The notes: generated by a model not told the origin, from the letters alone. Shown: positions 1-11,064, numbered from the stretch's first letter. The stretch: 64,000 bases of DNA from Lingula anatina (GCA_051362555.1 CM120641.1:40616401-40680400), one strand, 5' to 3'. A program made the numbers and translations.

Positions 1-2134
1 TTATGTGTGAGGACTCGCACCAGACACGGGCATTTAATTTTGGTTGGTCTTTATTACGGGCATGCATTCGACCGGCGGCAGAGTTGTGAATCAATCTACA
101 GTATATTATTTTCAGTTTATATAAAAGTTACCTAAGTCCTGCATAACGCTATCTAAAAAATTGGTAACTTTGTGACCTTTTAAAGCACCGCTACAGATGT
201 AGACACTCCAACCCAATTAAGTTCGATGTGAGAAAACTTTCAACAAAAAGTGATAATGTGAGCCATAAATATCGGAATAAAAATATGACACGTTCCATTA
301 ATTTTCACTGGCTTATGTTATTGTACCCTCTTATAGGGAAAGCCGTCAGCAGTTATTTAAAGTAATGTGAAACATTCATAAAAACGTTATGCAAAACGTG
401 AGCGGTTGGGATAAGTTAATTTACGCTCTCATTTTTCATATGAAAAAAAATGAATATTTATTACAAGAGTTCAGGGTGGGAGGGGGGCATAAGGGCATAG
501 CAACTAAATTATGTTATGAAATAACGATTTGAATTTTTAAAAAAAGTCAAGTTGAACCTTTCTTCTGATATACTTTATCATGGTTCGGTTAAGAAGATAT
601 ATACCCCCCCCCCCCTGCCCACACTTATTTCAACCTGTAAGATTGGAAAGTCGGTAGTCTGGCTCGGGCAATAAAATCTTACTATCTCCACATCTGGTTT
701 CTATCAAGCGCGTCCAGAGCTTCAGAGCTTAGGACAAACATATTGCTCCTCGGGACAGGAAATCTGGAGAGGGGGAGTAGAGGAACATGTCTTCTCAATA
801 TGGAAATCTATATATTTTTGGTAATTTCCTTTGTAACATTTACGAACACTGTAAAATACCCTTTCTCAAATTAATATAATGTTCACACATTTCTGTTAAT
901 ATCCTGAATTGAAATACTAATTTTAAATGTCAGATTTATGACGAGGGAGAGAGAGGTCAAGACATTCTGTAAATGTCCCGAACTATGGGAGAGTGTTATA
1001 AACTAAACACATCTTGGCAATAACCCGTAGCCAGTTAGACTGCTGAGTGGTTTACTTATTATGATCAACATTATTGTTTATATTTTTATTAATATCAAAC
1101 AATTTTACTGTTTGCAGGTATACCTGTTTGGAACCTGTACTCTGCGCCATATAATAGCTATGGTGCAAAGTAGTGATATTGTAAAATCCTGCAATAAAAT
1201 CTTCTTTAAATATTAAATATTAAGACATATAGGAAGCAGGGTTACCATATATGCTCGGAATTTTGTCGGAGAGGGAAATTTCTCGAGTTTGTTCACTGTC
1301 CTGTGAAGCCATATTTTGTAGCCTGAGATGCCGTATCCGTTACTTCGTGACCTGACCTGTCAAAAGCACGTCTGGGCGCTCTTTTCATCTTTCAATTCTT
1401 CCACATTAATCAAGATACGGAGTATCAATTACAAGTGCCCGGGGAGGGGGGGAGGAAGAGGGAGCATGAAGGGAATAAATAACTATAAGTAGTATCCTTG
1501 CGACACAAGGTTACTCTGCAATTTATATCTTTCCATTTATGCTGTGAAATAATAGCCAGGTAGTCCGTTGATCTCGCGAATCAACCAAATGACCGTTAGT
1601 TGAGTTGCTTAATTGCAAGTAATTAATCCCCTCCCCTCCCCCCGAAAGTCATACTGGCAGGTTTCCAAATGAAGACTATACCGCAGAAAAAGTTTGGGGC
1701 CCAAAAGAGAGTCAGCCAAAGACACGTTTGGGGAACACGTTAGAACACGTCATGATGGACATTAACAGGTGTAGGACCAGAACAGAGCCTCTGGTAAACA
1801 GTTTAGAACCAAGGGACCGAACTTGATTTGAGGACCAGAAGAGAGGCTTTACAGACGTTCGCCTAAATAGTCTGAAAGTTCCAATTTATAGGAATGTGTT
1901 AAATTTTATAGCAATGGAAATGGATTTTTTCTTTAGTGACTGTATATTTGCTAGCTTCGCAATGTAGTTTTGTAGTCGCAGGCTATATTTGATAATCACG
2001 CGTGCTAATCTGTGGATGGCGCCTGTGGATTTTCTTTTTTACCCATAACCTCATCAAAGGCCGATCCATTACTTACAGTACTCATTGATGTCAATTTAAT
2101 CCTTCCCGGAACTAATGAACCCTAGATAACGGTG

Positions 2135-2340
2135 CAGTGGTGGTTTTAGGAGGGTGTCAGGGGGGGTCCTGACCCCTTCGATTTCTGAAAAAATCACACC
2201 AATGGTCCCCTCTTAAAATTAGAAATTTGACTAGCTGAATCATAGTTCTAAACCGTACGAAATGGCACCGTTCGCCCGCTAAAATATCAAAAATTTCGGG
2301 CCCCGGACTCTCCCTTCAAATAATCCTGGATCCGCCCCTG
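2135..2340. mobile_element. Non-autonomous DNA transposon (MITE), hAT-like CAG...CTG termini
   Basis: Left end CAGTGGTGGTTTTAGGA (2135) versus reverse complement of right end CAGGGGCGGATCCAGGA (ends 2340): 12/17 match. About 206 bp, non-coding, with G and C runs inside. No clean target-site duplication. Confidence 0.65.
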
Positions 2341-2708
2341 TGGTGGTTTATTCAGTTTAATATAGTTTATTGATGCATTTCACAACATTTCGGGTACACA
2401 CCAAAAAACCGAAGGTTCTACAATCCGCATCGCTCTAGTCGCCGACTTACTCCAACCCCATTTTGTAATTAGTATCAAGGTGTAGTTCGTAAGACGCGTC
2501 GCGTAGACCGTGGCCACTTACGATGACAAAGAAAAAGTTACAAGGAAAACCGTACACCATTGATTTTATTCGACGCCCGTGGCAAAAGTAATCTTGTCTG
2601 AATTAACAAGGATAGAAATTATCCTCTATGTAAAGCGTATGGCACTGCTGCAGAACATTTATCTCTTCCCCTGAGAGTCCATTTCTGATCTCGGATCCTT
2701 AATTTCAT

Positions 2709-2805
2709 ATTACTTGGATTTCACTGGGCGCCACCAGTTGTCGGGAGAAGGCTTTGTTACGAACAAAAAATGCAAAATTATTACAGACTTTTTTAAGTTC
2801 TCCAG
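2709..2805 (+). pseudogene. FAM20C: FAM20C-like kinase pseudo-exon A
   Basis: Translates LLGFHWAPPVVGRRL, then after a frameshift KLLQTFLSSP|G. This matches recalled FAM20C ILDFRRVPPVAGRM...KKLWRTFFISP. GT donor at 2806; the acceptor looks mutated (tttcaT at 2703-2708). Internal deletion and frameshift. Confidence 0.85.
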
Positions 2806-3042
2806 GTAAAAATTATGAATTAGCACAAGCATATGGGTTTTCATATATTTATATGTATGACATTTCTTCTTTAATGATTGCGGGTAATAGTTCTAATTGA
2901 CAATTAAAACTTGTTGCTATTGAAAATATCAGAATTTGATGTAGAATCTTCAAGTTGACCATGCTGTTAGTAACAATGGGTTTTCATTTGCGTTGTCAGC
3001 TTTATTGTTCTAAATAAAACATTTATTTGTTTAAAATTTAAG

Positions 3043-3281
3043 CCAGTAACGCGTGTTTTCATGGAGAGTGTGCGATGTATTTTGACTCTGCAGAAGCAGT
3101 CTGCGACCGCTCTGACGTCATCGAAGCATCCCTAGCGGCCATGCTTCCCCCGTTGTATGTGGCTCCTAGGTACACATGGTTGCACCCCTGGCGGAGAACC
3201 AAGGGCGTATATTGAACTTAGAGCAAACATCAGACCAAAGCTGTGTGGGAGATATACGATAAATACTGTCGTAATATAACA
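3043..3281 (+). pseudogene. FAM20C: FAM20C-like kinase pseudo-exon B
   Basis: Follows a 237-bp GT-AG phase-1 intron (2806-3042). Translates ASNACFHGECAMYFDSAEAVCDRSDVIEASLAAMLPPLYVAPRYTWLHPWRRT(KGVY*T*)SKHQTKAVWEIYDKYCRNIT, matching recalled FAM20C ANNICFYGECSYYC...IEGSLAAFLP...TWRNPWRRSY...KAEWEVDPDYC. In-frame stops at 3213 and 3219. Confidence 0.9.
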
Positions 3282-3331
3282 TCCCCTCTAAATCCGCCAC
3301 TGTACATGCATTTGACCGTGACCATTCGTGA

Positions 3332-3525
3332 ACGGTTTCATCCACAGTCCCTCGACTAAAATGAGCCGTGCCTGTCTGTAATTTGCATAACAATAACTTG
3401 CTCACGATAGTGCGATCTGTATTTCCGAATGCTCACTAGGCAGTAAGACACAGCTGGGTGAAGACGCAATGTTGTTCAACGTGTGGTGCAGTCGCAAGGT
3501 CGAGCCTTTATGAGGCGTAGAAGCA
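3332..3525 (+). repeat. Old dispersed repeat, copy 1 (homologous to 6998-7195 on the minus strand)
   Basis: Collinear shared blocks cctc..aaaatg.gcc, tgt.atttgcataacaataa, tcact...cag..agac, gaagacg, tgtggtg.agtc and gcgt.gaagc with the reverse complement of about 6998-7195. It lies where the FAM20C similarity stops. Confidence 0.7.
3381..3394 (-). promoter_or_regulatory. Sox-Oct (SoxB/POU) composite motif ATTGTTATGCAAAT
   Basis: Plus strand reads ATTTGCATAACAAT: the octamer ATGCAAAT abutting the Sox site ATTGTT on the minus strand. Function untested. Confidence 0.45.
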
Positions 3526-4156
3526 AATGCATGTTTCGTAAGTATCACTTTTTCATCAGTAACCTATGTCAGTTGATAGAAAGAGGGTAGAAGAATGCAA
3601 GAAAATTTACGAAAAGTATTTACTAGTATATCACTACTATTTGTTATATTTTGCCTGCCGTTTCTGTTATGTTACTCAAAGTATCATTAAGCAAATTAGT
3701 AAATGGGCATACTACTAAAAAGATCACAGAATGATTTAGATGATAATACCGTACTTGTCACTGTTCTGAGCTTTTGATTCTTAGACAAGCGTGCCCCATG
3801 AACGTGTACATCAATTTTATAGTCAAAGTTTATCAAAAATTCAAACGTCTCCTTTTACGACAATCACGATAGTTTAAAATATAAAATCAGTTTTTGTAGG
3901 TTTGTTTATTTTATTATACATGTACCTGTAAAATGTTTGTAAGCAGTGTTGAAATACTGGAAATGATTTAAACTAAAGCGAAATATAGCTCCCAAACGCG
4001 TGGTGCAAAGCGACTTTAGATATTACAACATAACATAGTAGGTAAAATAAATAAACGTCCCTTGTGATGATCTCCACAAATTAGAGAAGTGTTTTTTCAA
4101 AGCAAAACACCTGAAATATCTTTATTACTAACTTAAGGTCTTAATTTTGGCGTTAG

Positions 4157-4257
4157 GCAACATAGATATCGATTACTTTTTTGGGGTGCTATCTGAGCCT
4201 AACTTTGGACAAGTCAGTAAACACCCACATCATTTCAAGTATCCTCTTCTCTTAGAT
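4157..4257 (+). pseudogene. Possible degenerate FAM20C catalytic-loop pseudo-exon
   Basis: tag|GC AAC ATA GAT gives a phase-1 (G)NID...YPLLLD, resembling FAM20C GNMDRHH...FIIHLD, and it is in the expected order after exon B. The middle of the segment is poorly similar. Confidence 0.4.
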
Positions 4258-5364
4258 GTAAAATGCATTGGTCGTATTTTCCGTGTCTCCCCGTTTAGTC
4301 AGATATTGCTAACATTACCTTCTCATTTCAGAAGTCCACTGAGATGCTGAGAACTGCACGACACCCGCCTGCTAGCAACCAAGCCGGTCATTCACGTTCT
4401 GGAACCCTACGCACATCCATGCATCTTTTGTTTTAAAATTGAATAAAAACGTTTGTAATTATTTGTTTTTTTATTTCGATATGAAATAATGATAAAAATA
4501 TTAGTAGTAGTAGATGGTTAGGGGTAAAGTTATGAAGATATGATTTTTGCCTGTGCACTATCAAATTAAATCTGTTAAAAATGATCTGTAATCATTGTGT
4601 TTGGGATAGATGATTTCTACAGTAACAGCTAGATGTCTTAAATCGAAGGTTTTAAAAGGTTTGTTAATATGCCCAGTATTTTGTAAATAACTGAAGTTGA
4701 GAATTTAAAAAATACATCCGCAGGATTTTCCAACAGCCCACATTTATAAATATAATTTTTATGAATTTACGATCTTGCCTTTTTGAAAATCTGCCCTACA
4801 TTTTATTATGTGGAGAGAAGTTTTTTTTTATATCTATTGGAATAAATAAGTTCGTCCTTCGGGATATAATTTTCTTAATTTAATATAGGTCCATGTTTTA
4901 AGGGTTCTGGTTTGCTACAGAAAATTTATTCAAATTTCACGACCTCATCAGACTAATACTTCAATTTTAAATTAAAACAAATCTGAGAGATCATGACACA
5001 CTTTAGAAAAGGCAACAGTTGAAATTTGCTCCACCCAAAAATTAGGTCTGCATATTCCAATATATTTGAAAATGTCTCATTAAAATCATAAATAGAATAT
5101 ATTGATCCTTTGATTTAATTTTGTGACCTAGATTTATTTCCACAAAGTCCCAAATGTGCAGACAAAAAGGTAATCTTTTTGATAAATTGTAAAAAATGTA
5201 GTTTTTTAGCCAAATAATTTAATGTCATTTTCTGCATGATACAAAGTCTTAACCCCATAAAACTTGGTAAAACAATTCTAAAAATATAGTGTTCTTTTAT
5301 ACACCTAATTGCAGTGGCATTAATATGTAATTTTGTGATTTTACTTGTGTGCTCTCCCCAAAAA

Positions 5365-5966
5365 GAATGGTCTTGACCCACCTGCCACCCCTCATATGGA
5401 ATGGACTCGCCCCACCTGTCACCCCTATAATGGAATGGACTCGCCCCACCTGTCACCCCTCAAATTGAATGGACTCGCCCCACCTGCCACCCCTCAAATC
5501 GAATGGACTCGTCCCACCTGTCACCCCTCATATGGAATGGATTCGCCCCACCTGTCACCCCTCAGATGGAATGGACTCGTCCCACCTGCCACCCCTCAGA
5601 TGGAATGGACTCGCCCCACCTGCCACCCCTCAGATGGAGTGGACTCGCCCCACCTGCCACCCCTCAGATGGAATGGACTGGCCCCACCTGCCACCCCTAT
5701 AATAGAATGGACTCGCCCCACCTGTCACCCCTATAATGGAATGGACTCGCCCCAACTGTCACCCCTCAAATTGAATGGACTCGCCCCACCTGCCACCCCT
5801 CAAATCGAATGGACTCGTCCCACCCGTCACCCCTCAGATGGAATGGACTCGCCCCACCTGCCACCCCTCAGATGGAATGGACTGGCCCCACCTGCCACCC
5901 CTCAGATGAAATGGACTCGCCCCACATGTAACCCCTTAAATGGAGTAAACTCGACCCACTTGTCAA
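5365..5966. repeat. 34-bp C-rich minisatellite, about 17-18 copies (GAATGGACTCGCCCCACCTGCCACCCCTCAGATG)
   Basis: ATGGACTCG recurs every 34 bp (5401, 5435 and onward). The 34-aa cyclic ORFs in all three frames reflect a non-triplet unit. End units are degenerate. Confidence 0.97.
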
Positions 5967-6997
5967 CTTTCAACTGTCATCCACATCAATGCATTCACAC
6001 AAACCAAACTCATATCAAACTATAAAACAAAGTCCTTCTTGTGTGATATTTTTTTTATTTAGGGTATCTTTAGAGACAGAAAATCATGGTGAAGAAATAT
6101 AATAGATAGTCATATAATATAATAAAATATGAATTATTGACATTTCGGGGCCGTGGTTTGGTTTGCATTGGAACTAATTCCTAATACTTTCTCTATTTGG
6201 ATTTCAATACCGGCATCCATGCTTTTTACTAAAAGAAACCAACATCTAGAAAGGGTGTCGATAGCTTGTCCTAATTAAGGTATAATTTGAATATAAAAAT
6301 ACTCGATTACTGTGTTTTGAAAGTCGCAATAAAAGCATGTTCCATTTTCGCCATATTGCATGTGCGGTGCGTGGTCGTTCGAGCGCGTCAGTGCCTGCGT
6401 GTGTGCCCGTGTTAGGTTCCAAAATACGACTAGAAGGCTTTGGAAGATTCTGTCAATGAGACGCTCGTGCATTTCGTGGGATCACTGCAGAGTTGGCAGT
6501 TCTGAAATGTCAAAACGATGTTTTAATTACGATTTTAAAATGATATCCCAATGCAATAAAATTAGAACTAAGATAAGATAACGAAAAGAATATAATTCTA
6601 AACGACAAAGAGTTTAAACGACAGGGAGATCTGAATAGATATTAGCTCACTTCATCGTAAGACAAAGTAAACTATTTCAAAATAAACGTAAACTTCTTCG
6701 GCTTTGGTCTTTGTAACGTACGTTTCTGTCTAATTACACTACCTAATAAATGGCATAAACCAAGTCAATCAGTGTGAAAGTTTCTTGACTGAGTGCAGCT
6801 ACTGTACGGTAACCTACATTGCAACATGAAAGGGCGAAAACTTCGGCAAGCCGTACATTTTCATATGCACTGTGCGTCTACCACATTATCAAATAACTTC
6901 TTTCCACTTGTAAAGGCTAGTAGGCGATATTCTACTCACAAAACATATTTGCCTCCACTGTGGCTTCACCAAAAATGTAAGCCTACACAGTGGGTCC

Positions 6998-7195
6998 AAG
7001 CTTCAACGCTGAAAAATTGTTCGGCACAATGACTTCACCACATCTATCAATGCAGGTCGTCTTCTTACAGGGTCTAGCTGTCAAGTGACCAGCCAGGTAC
7101 ATAGCTCGCAATGTGATGCGTGACTTATTGTTATGCAAATCACAACTGGTACAGTGAATGGCACATTTTGATTGAGGAGTTGCTGTGGAAATCGG
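6998..7195 (-). repeat. Old dispersed repeat, copy 2 (inverted relative to 3332-3525)
   Basis: Aligns to copy 1 at roughly 60-65% by eye, with a 16-bp identical core TTATTGTTATGCAAAT at 7125-7140. Confidence 0.7.
7127..7140 (+). promoter_or_regulatory. Sox-Oct composite motif ATTGTTATGCAAAT
   Basis: Direct read of the plus strand; same motif as 3381-3394. Function untested. Confidence 0.45.
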
Positions 7196-7426
7196 TCCCA
7201 AAGAACGGCGAATCTATAGAATATATATCCATAGAATATTATTTTACTATAAGGCTATAACCCTCGGCCGCATAGACCTATTTGTCACCATACATCATAT
7301 TTCTCAACAGTTTATATTCAGTCAAAAATTAAAAATAACAATGAAGATAGATATAACAAATCGCTGCGCGGGATGAAATATACATGTATTTGTACGCCCC
7401 CGGACTATCGATTGCAGATATATGTA

Positions 7427-7589
7427 CAGGCCCGTAGCCAGCAGTTTGAAATGGAGTGTTCTTCCTTTGAAAAAGTGGACCTTTTACCAAGAAAGTTTCG
7501 TGTACATAGATAAAATTTTACTCAGAGGGGGCCTTTTTCGGCAAAAAGGGGGGTTCTTTCGACCCCCCCCCCCCATGGCTACGGGCCTG
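7427..7589. mobile_element. MITE with perfect 14-bp terminal inverted repeats (hAT-like)
   Basis: CAGGCCCGTAGCCA (7427-7440) and TGGCTACGGGCCTG (7576-7589), 163 bp. Flanks atatatgta / atatatacg look like a degraded target-site duplication in TA-rich DNA. Confidence 0.85.
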
Positions 7590-8870
7590 ATATATACGAG
7601 TAGGCCTATGTATATCCAAACTGGCCTGCTCTAAGCTTCTGCGGCGCCGTGGTCAAAGAATACTATTTAACCATGATTAAGGGAAGTTATTGAAGTCATC
7701 AATTTCAGATTTTAAAGACACTAATAAACTTACCTTTTTTTAACACCGGTCGTATTCACAAAAGATCGTAAATATATATCAGAGAGAAGGAAAAAATACC
7801 CTAGAGAAAGGGGGGGGGGCGGGTGTGAAGGAGCGCACTGTGAAATAAGCTGATGCTGTGCAGATTGTTCTCCCCTCCATTTTCTGCATGTTATATTTTG
7901 AAGACTGGAGATAGGCCCCTTTCTCAACTTTTGCAGCTAGATAGACAGATATTTTACTTAATCTGAATTCTATAGCCATTTTCTTTTCACATAACCAGCA
8001 AGTGAAGCAGTCAGAATAGAATTGGCAAAATACTGTCAACACGTTTACATGTATTGCTAGCGAATTTGTTTCCCCTTAAAGCTGTGGCTGTAAATAACAT
8101 TTTATTTCAAGCCTGTTGTGATTGGACAGCCACACATAAGACTGAAAATGAGATAATTAACAACAGCAATTAGCAAAAATGAGTTTTTATTAGAAGCACT
8201 AACTTTTTCTGCACTCTTGTTAAAGCAGTGCAAGAAACGCAATACAAATAAATATACATTTTTGTTTTGTGATACTGTGACTTTTATGTCGTTGATAGAA
8301 ATACTTTGTTCTCAGTTTATTAACAATAACAATACAGCTATTTTTAATATTTCCCTTCTTAACATGTCCCTTCAAGTAAGTGATAACATTTGGTCATGCA
8401 ACTTTCACTGTTTTTGCTTGTTGTAAATGTTTTTTTCTCAACTCTGAACTATTTTCAGAACGGCACAAGTTATGAGAAACTGCTTTTCAGAGCTTTTGGA
8501 GACTCATCAGTCAAAAAAAAAAAAAAAAAAAAAAAAGCATTAACCCATATTTCCACCAACTTACAAATATGCATTTTTTATTAATCAATATGAAAATTTG
8601 GAAACTAGATACAAAGCTTCAAAATGAATCACACTTACGTATTTCTACCAAATGTACAATTTGTACTGAGTGTCAGTATAGGAGTAAACACATGACAATC
8701 TCCAACGTGTATGGAACATGCCATATGGGAAATTGAGGGGGTTTGTTAGTCAAAATCTTTGCCAAAATTTTCCAAACATTCATTAACAGTTCAATATTAA
8801 TTATGGCATATCCACAACTGATTTTCCAATGACTTACATGACACATAACATCACTTCTAGCCCCCCCCCC

Positions 8871-8882
8871 AAAATAATAAAA

Positions 8883-8913
<31 letters not shown>

Positions 8914-8932
8914 TAAAAAAATTAAAAAAAAA
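8871..8932. repeat. (AAAT)n / A-rich low-complexity tract
   Basis: aaaataataaaataaaaataaataaataaataaataaataaattaaaa, following a C10 run. Confidence 0.85.
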
Positions 8933-9306
8933 TTTTTTCTCTAAAAGAATTCCAAAATATTTCTATTTCTAAAAAAATAGGAACCTGACACCTTGAGATT
9001 TGAAAGATTCAAGGACAATCTCTCCTGGACAACCTCACCCCTTCACAGTGTAGTGGCAAAACAAAATGTGGCAGTTAGTTCATTAAAGGGATACCTTGAT
9101 GGGTGACATTATCCGTTTACCCCACCTCTAGCTTGAGATACATTCTGATTAAAGGCAGGCATTTAAAGTTTGTCTCAGTGTTGCATTTTTATTTTCAGTA
9201 TGATATTGATAACAGGAGGGGTGTGTGTGTGTCCTGATACCTTGAACAACATACATCCCGTTTTCTAAGGCCCAATTCACATAAAAACAAAGGTCTACCT
9301 TGATAT

Positions 9307-9484
9307 ACCAAACTCTGCTGGGATTTTTGCTAAGTGCAATCAGCTTAAAAGATTAGTACATCTTCTGGTGTTAAGAATACAGAAAGCTAGTGACTATTAT
9401 GAGTACTGGTATGTTGGAAACAAGAGGAGGCATATCAATCTGTTCAGCTGATTGCACTTAGCGAGAGTCCCCACAGAGCTGGGT
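9307..9484. mobile_element. Foldback/MITE-like element with about 42-48-bp inverted arms
   Basis: CTCTGCTGGGATTTTTGCTAAGTGCAATCAGCTTAAAAGATT (9313-9354) versus reverse complement of 9437-9478 CTCTGTGGGGACTCTCGCTAAGTGCAATCAGCTGAACAGATT. Perfect 17-bp core GCTAAGTGCAATCAGCT; loop about 82 bp. Confidence 0.8.
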
Positions 9485-9616
9485 TGAACCACATGAACTG
9501 ATGGTGTGTCTATAGGAATGGGGTCTTACATACATGACCAACCAAAACTACAAAACAGTTTAACTTATTTGTTATGTCTTCTTGTATTGGGCATTGCCAA
9601 TCATGCATAATAATCA

Positions 9617-9808
9617 CTAAACAGGATTTGGACTGAGGTTCCTTGGGTCCCATGGCTCAAGTTGCATCCGTGCTGCCATGAGCCAAATGTCAGCCTCAAT
9701 GTCACTGCATGAGACTGTTATGTGGGAATGTAATGAAATCTTTATATCTTTTTTACTACTGGATAGGCCACCCATGTCCTTATGTGCTTGCTAAACCAAT
9801 TTCCATAC
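9617..9808 (-). pseudogene. Transposase C-terminal pseudo-exon
   Basis: ttgtag| YGNWFSKHIRTWVAYPVVKKI*RFHYIPT*QSHAVTLRL..MAARMQLEPWDPRNLSPNP. Confidence 0.8.
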
Positions 9809-9891
9809 CTACAATGTGAGGATCAAATAATTATAATAATCATCTAGCTAATTGTAACTTGAACTTCAGAATGAAAACATTTGTTTTAATA

Positions 9892-10223
9892 CTTCCTTTG
9901 CTCTTAGATTATGCTTTTATATTTCCAAGAAACATGGGAACATCTCATTTAAAACATTTTAGTACGTAGCAGTTGACAGTATTTCAAAAAAGAAGTGAAC
10001 AGCCATTTCTCAATACATCAGACTGTATCAAATTGCAATGAATACTGAGCATTTTTTTATCTTCCTTTGCTCTTAGATTATGTTTTTATATTTTCAAGAA
10101 ACATGGGAACATCTCATTTAAAACATTTTAGTACGTAGCAGTTGACGGTATTTCAAAAAAGAAGTGAACAGCCATTTCTCAATACATCAGACTGTATCAA
10201 ATTGCAATGAATACTGTGCATTT
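9892..10223. repeat. Two-copy tandem duplication, 169-bp period, inside a transposase intron
   Basis: CTTCCTTTGCTCTTAGATTATG...GAATACTG.GCATTT starts at 9892 and again at 10061; about 4 substitutions between the copies. Confidence 0.95.
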
Positions 10224-10287
10224 ATTATTTATCTGCATCATAAAGAAATCAATCATGATCTGAAATCCCTTTCAGAATTAACACTAG

Positions 10288-10450
10288 CTGAATGTACCAT
10301 CCACTTTAATTGTCGCTGCCTATCATTGTACTCTTGGCAGTGTATCACAACCAGATAGCTTCTAGCTCTGTAGGCATGTGGTTTAAATGAGTTCTGTTTT
10401 GAAAAAATACATCAAAACATGTGAATTAATGTTTTCAACAGATTCTGTGT
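10288..10450 (-). pseudogene. Transposase pseudo-exon with the catalytic Glu
   Basis: Poly-T tract then gcag| TESVENINSHVLMYF / SKQNSFKPHAYRARSYLVVIHCQEYNDR..DGTF. The A-run at 10455-10495 is the minus-strand polypyrimidine tract. Confidence 0.85.
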
Positions 10451-10452
10451 CT

Positions 10453-10497
<45 letters not shown>

Positions 10498-10762
10498 GAA
10501 AATGCCTCTAACTACATGTGTATAGATTTAACTTTATATAGTGATTTTTATAAATCAAGGCTCTACAATTTCCCTACAGTATGATTATCCATCACAGTAC
10601 TAACAGAGTCTACATATAAGACAAAACAGCACACAGCTAAGAAAACACAAAAAGAGCTTCCCATCTTGTCATCTTGTTAACAGCAGCTAGTCCTTAAACA
10701 TTTTCTTAAACAAGTTTTGGGTCTGGAGAGGTTCTTTGTGATGAGACAAAAACCTGTATTAC

Positions 10763-10975
10763 CTGTGTTAACCTGAGATAAGTTGTTTTGAAACCTCTCA
10801 TTTAGAACAGTTTCTACCAGTGCCGGAACTGCATGTGACCCAGGTTCTAGCCATGGTTTGTTCCTCTCAGCCTCTGATGGGATAGGCTCATGCTGACAAT
10901 GTGCTTCCCCCAGACCATCTCTAAAACCAATTCATGTTCATTTTGAATGTGATGGTAGAACACCCCTCCATTTTG
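10763..10975 (-). pseudogene. Transposase pseudo-exon (insertion domain)
   Basis: KWRGVL / HHIQNEHE / HCQHEPIPSEAERNKPWLEPGSHAVPALVETVLNERFQNNL across frameshifts; donor CAG|GTAAT. Confidence 0.85.
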
Positions 10976-11064
10976 ACAGGAAGTGAAAATGAATTTTCTT
11001 TATAGACTTTGCCTTGATTGAATAAAGACTGATATCTGATCACTGTTAGATCCCATTCCCATAC

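Noticed and set aside
1328-1372. LLRDLTCQK resembling FAM20C LLHDLSSQR
   Set aside because: The match is short and has no supporting flanks or splice sites; it is plausible by chance.
3166-3405. 79-aa minus-strand ORF
   Set aside because: It is the antisense shadow of the FAM20C pseudo-exon and the adjacent repeat.
3495-3545. QGRAF...CMFRK as a continuation of FAM20C (NGRGF...CRIRK)
   Set aside because: The spacing is wrong, the order conflicts with the candidate exon at 4157, and much of it lies in the dispersed repeat homologous to 6998-7195.
5345-6025. 226-aa proline-rich ORF
   Set aside because: It is a read-through of a 34-bp minisatellite; the same peptide cycle appears in all three frames.
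7677-8078. TTAA-bounded Kolobok-type MITE
   Set aside because: The terminal match (GGGAAG versus GGGGAAAC) is too short to call.
9065-9125. QLV..GYL..DI..LP as a remnant of a second Kolobok protein (KolX)
   Set aside because: It needs several frameshifts and lacks supporting motifs; it cannot be supported without a profile search.
10455-10495. A-run of about 41 bp as a retroposon poly(A) tail
   Set aside because: It sits exactly at the minus-strand acceptor of a transposase exon, so it is better read as an expanded polypyrimidine tract. No target-site duplication or SINE body is seen.
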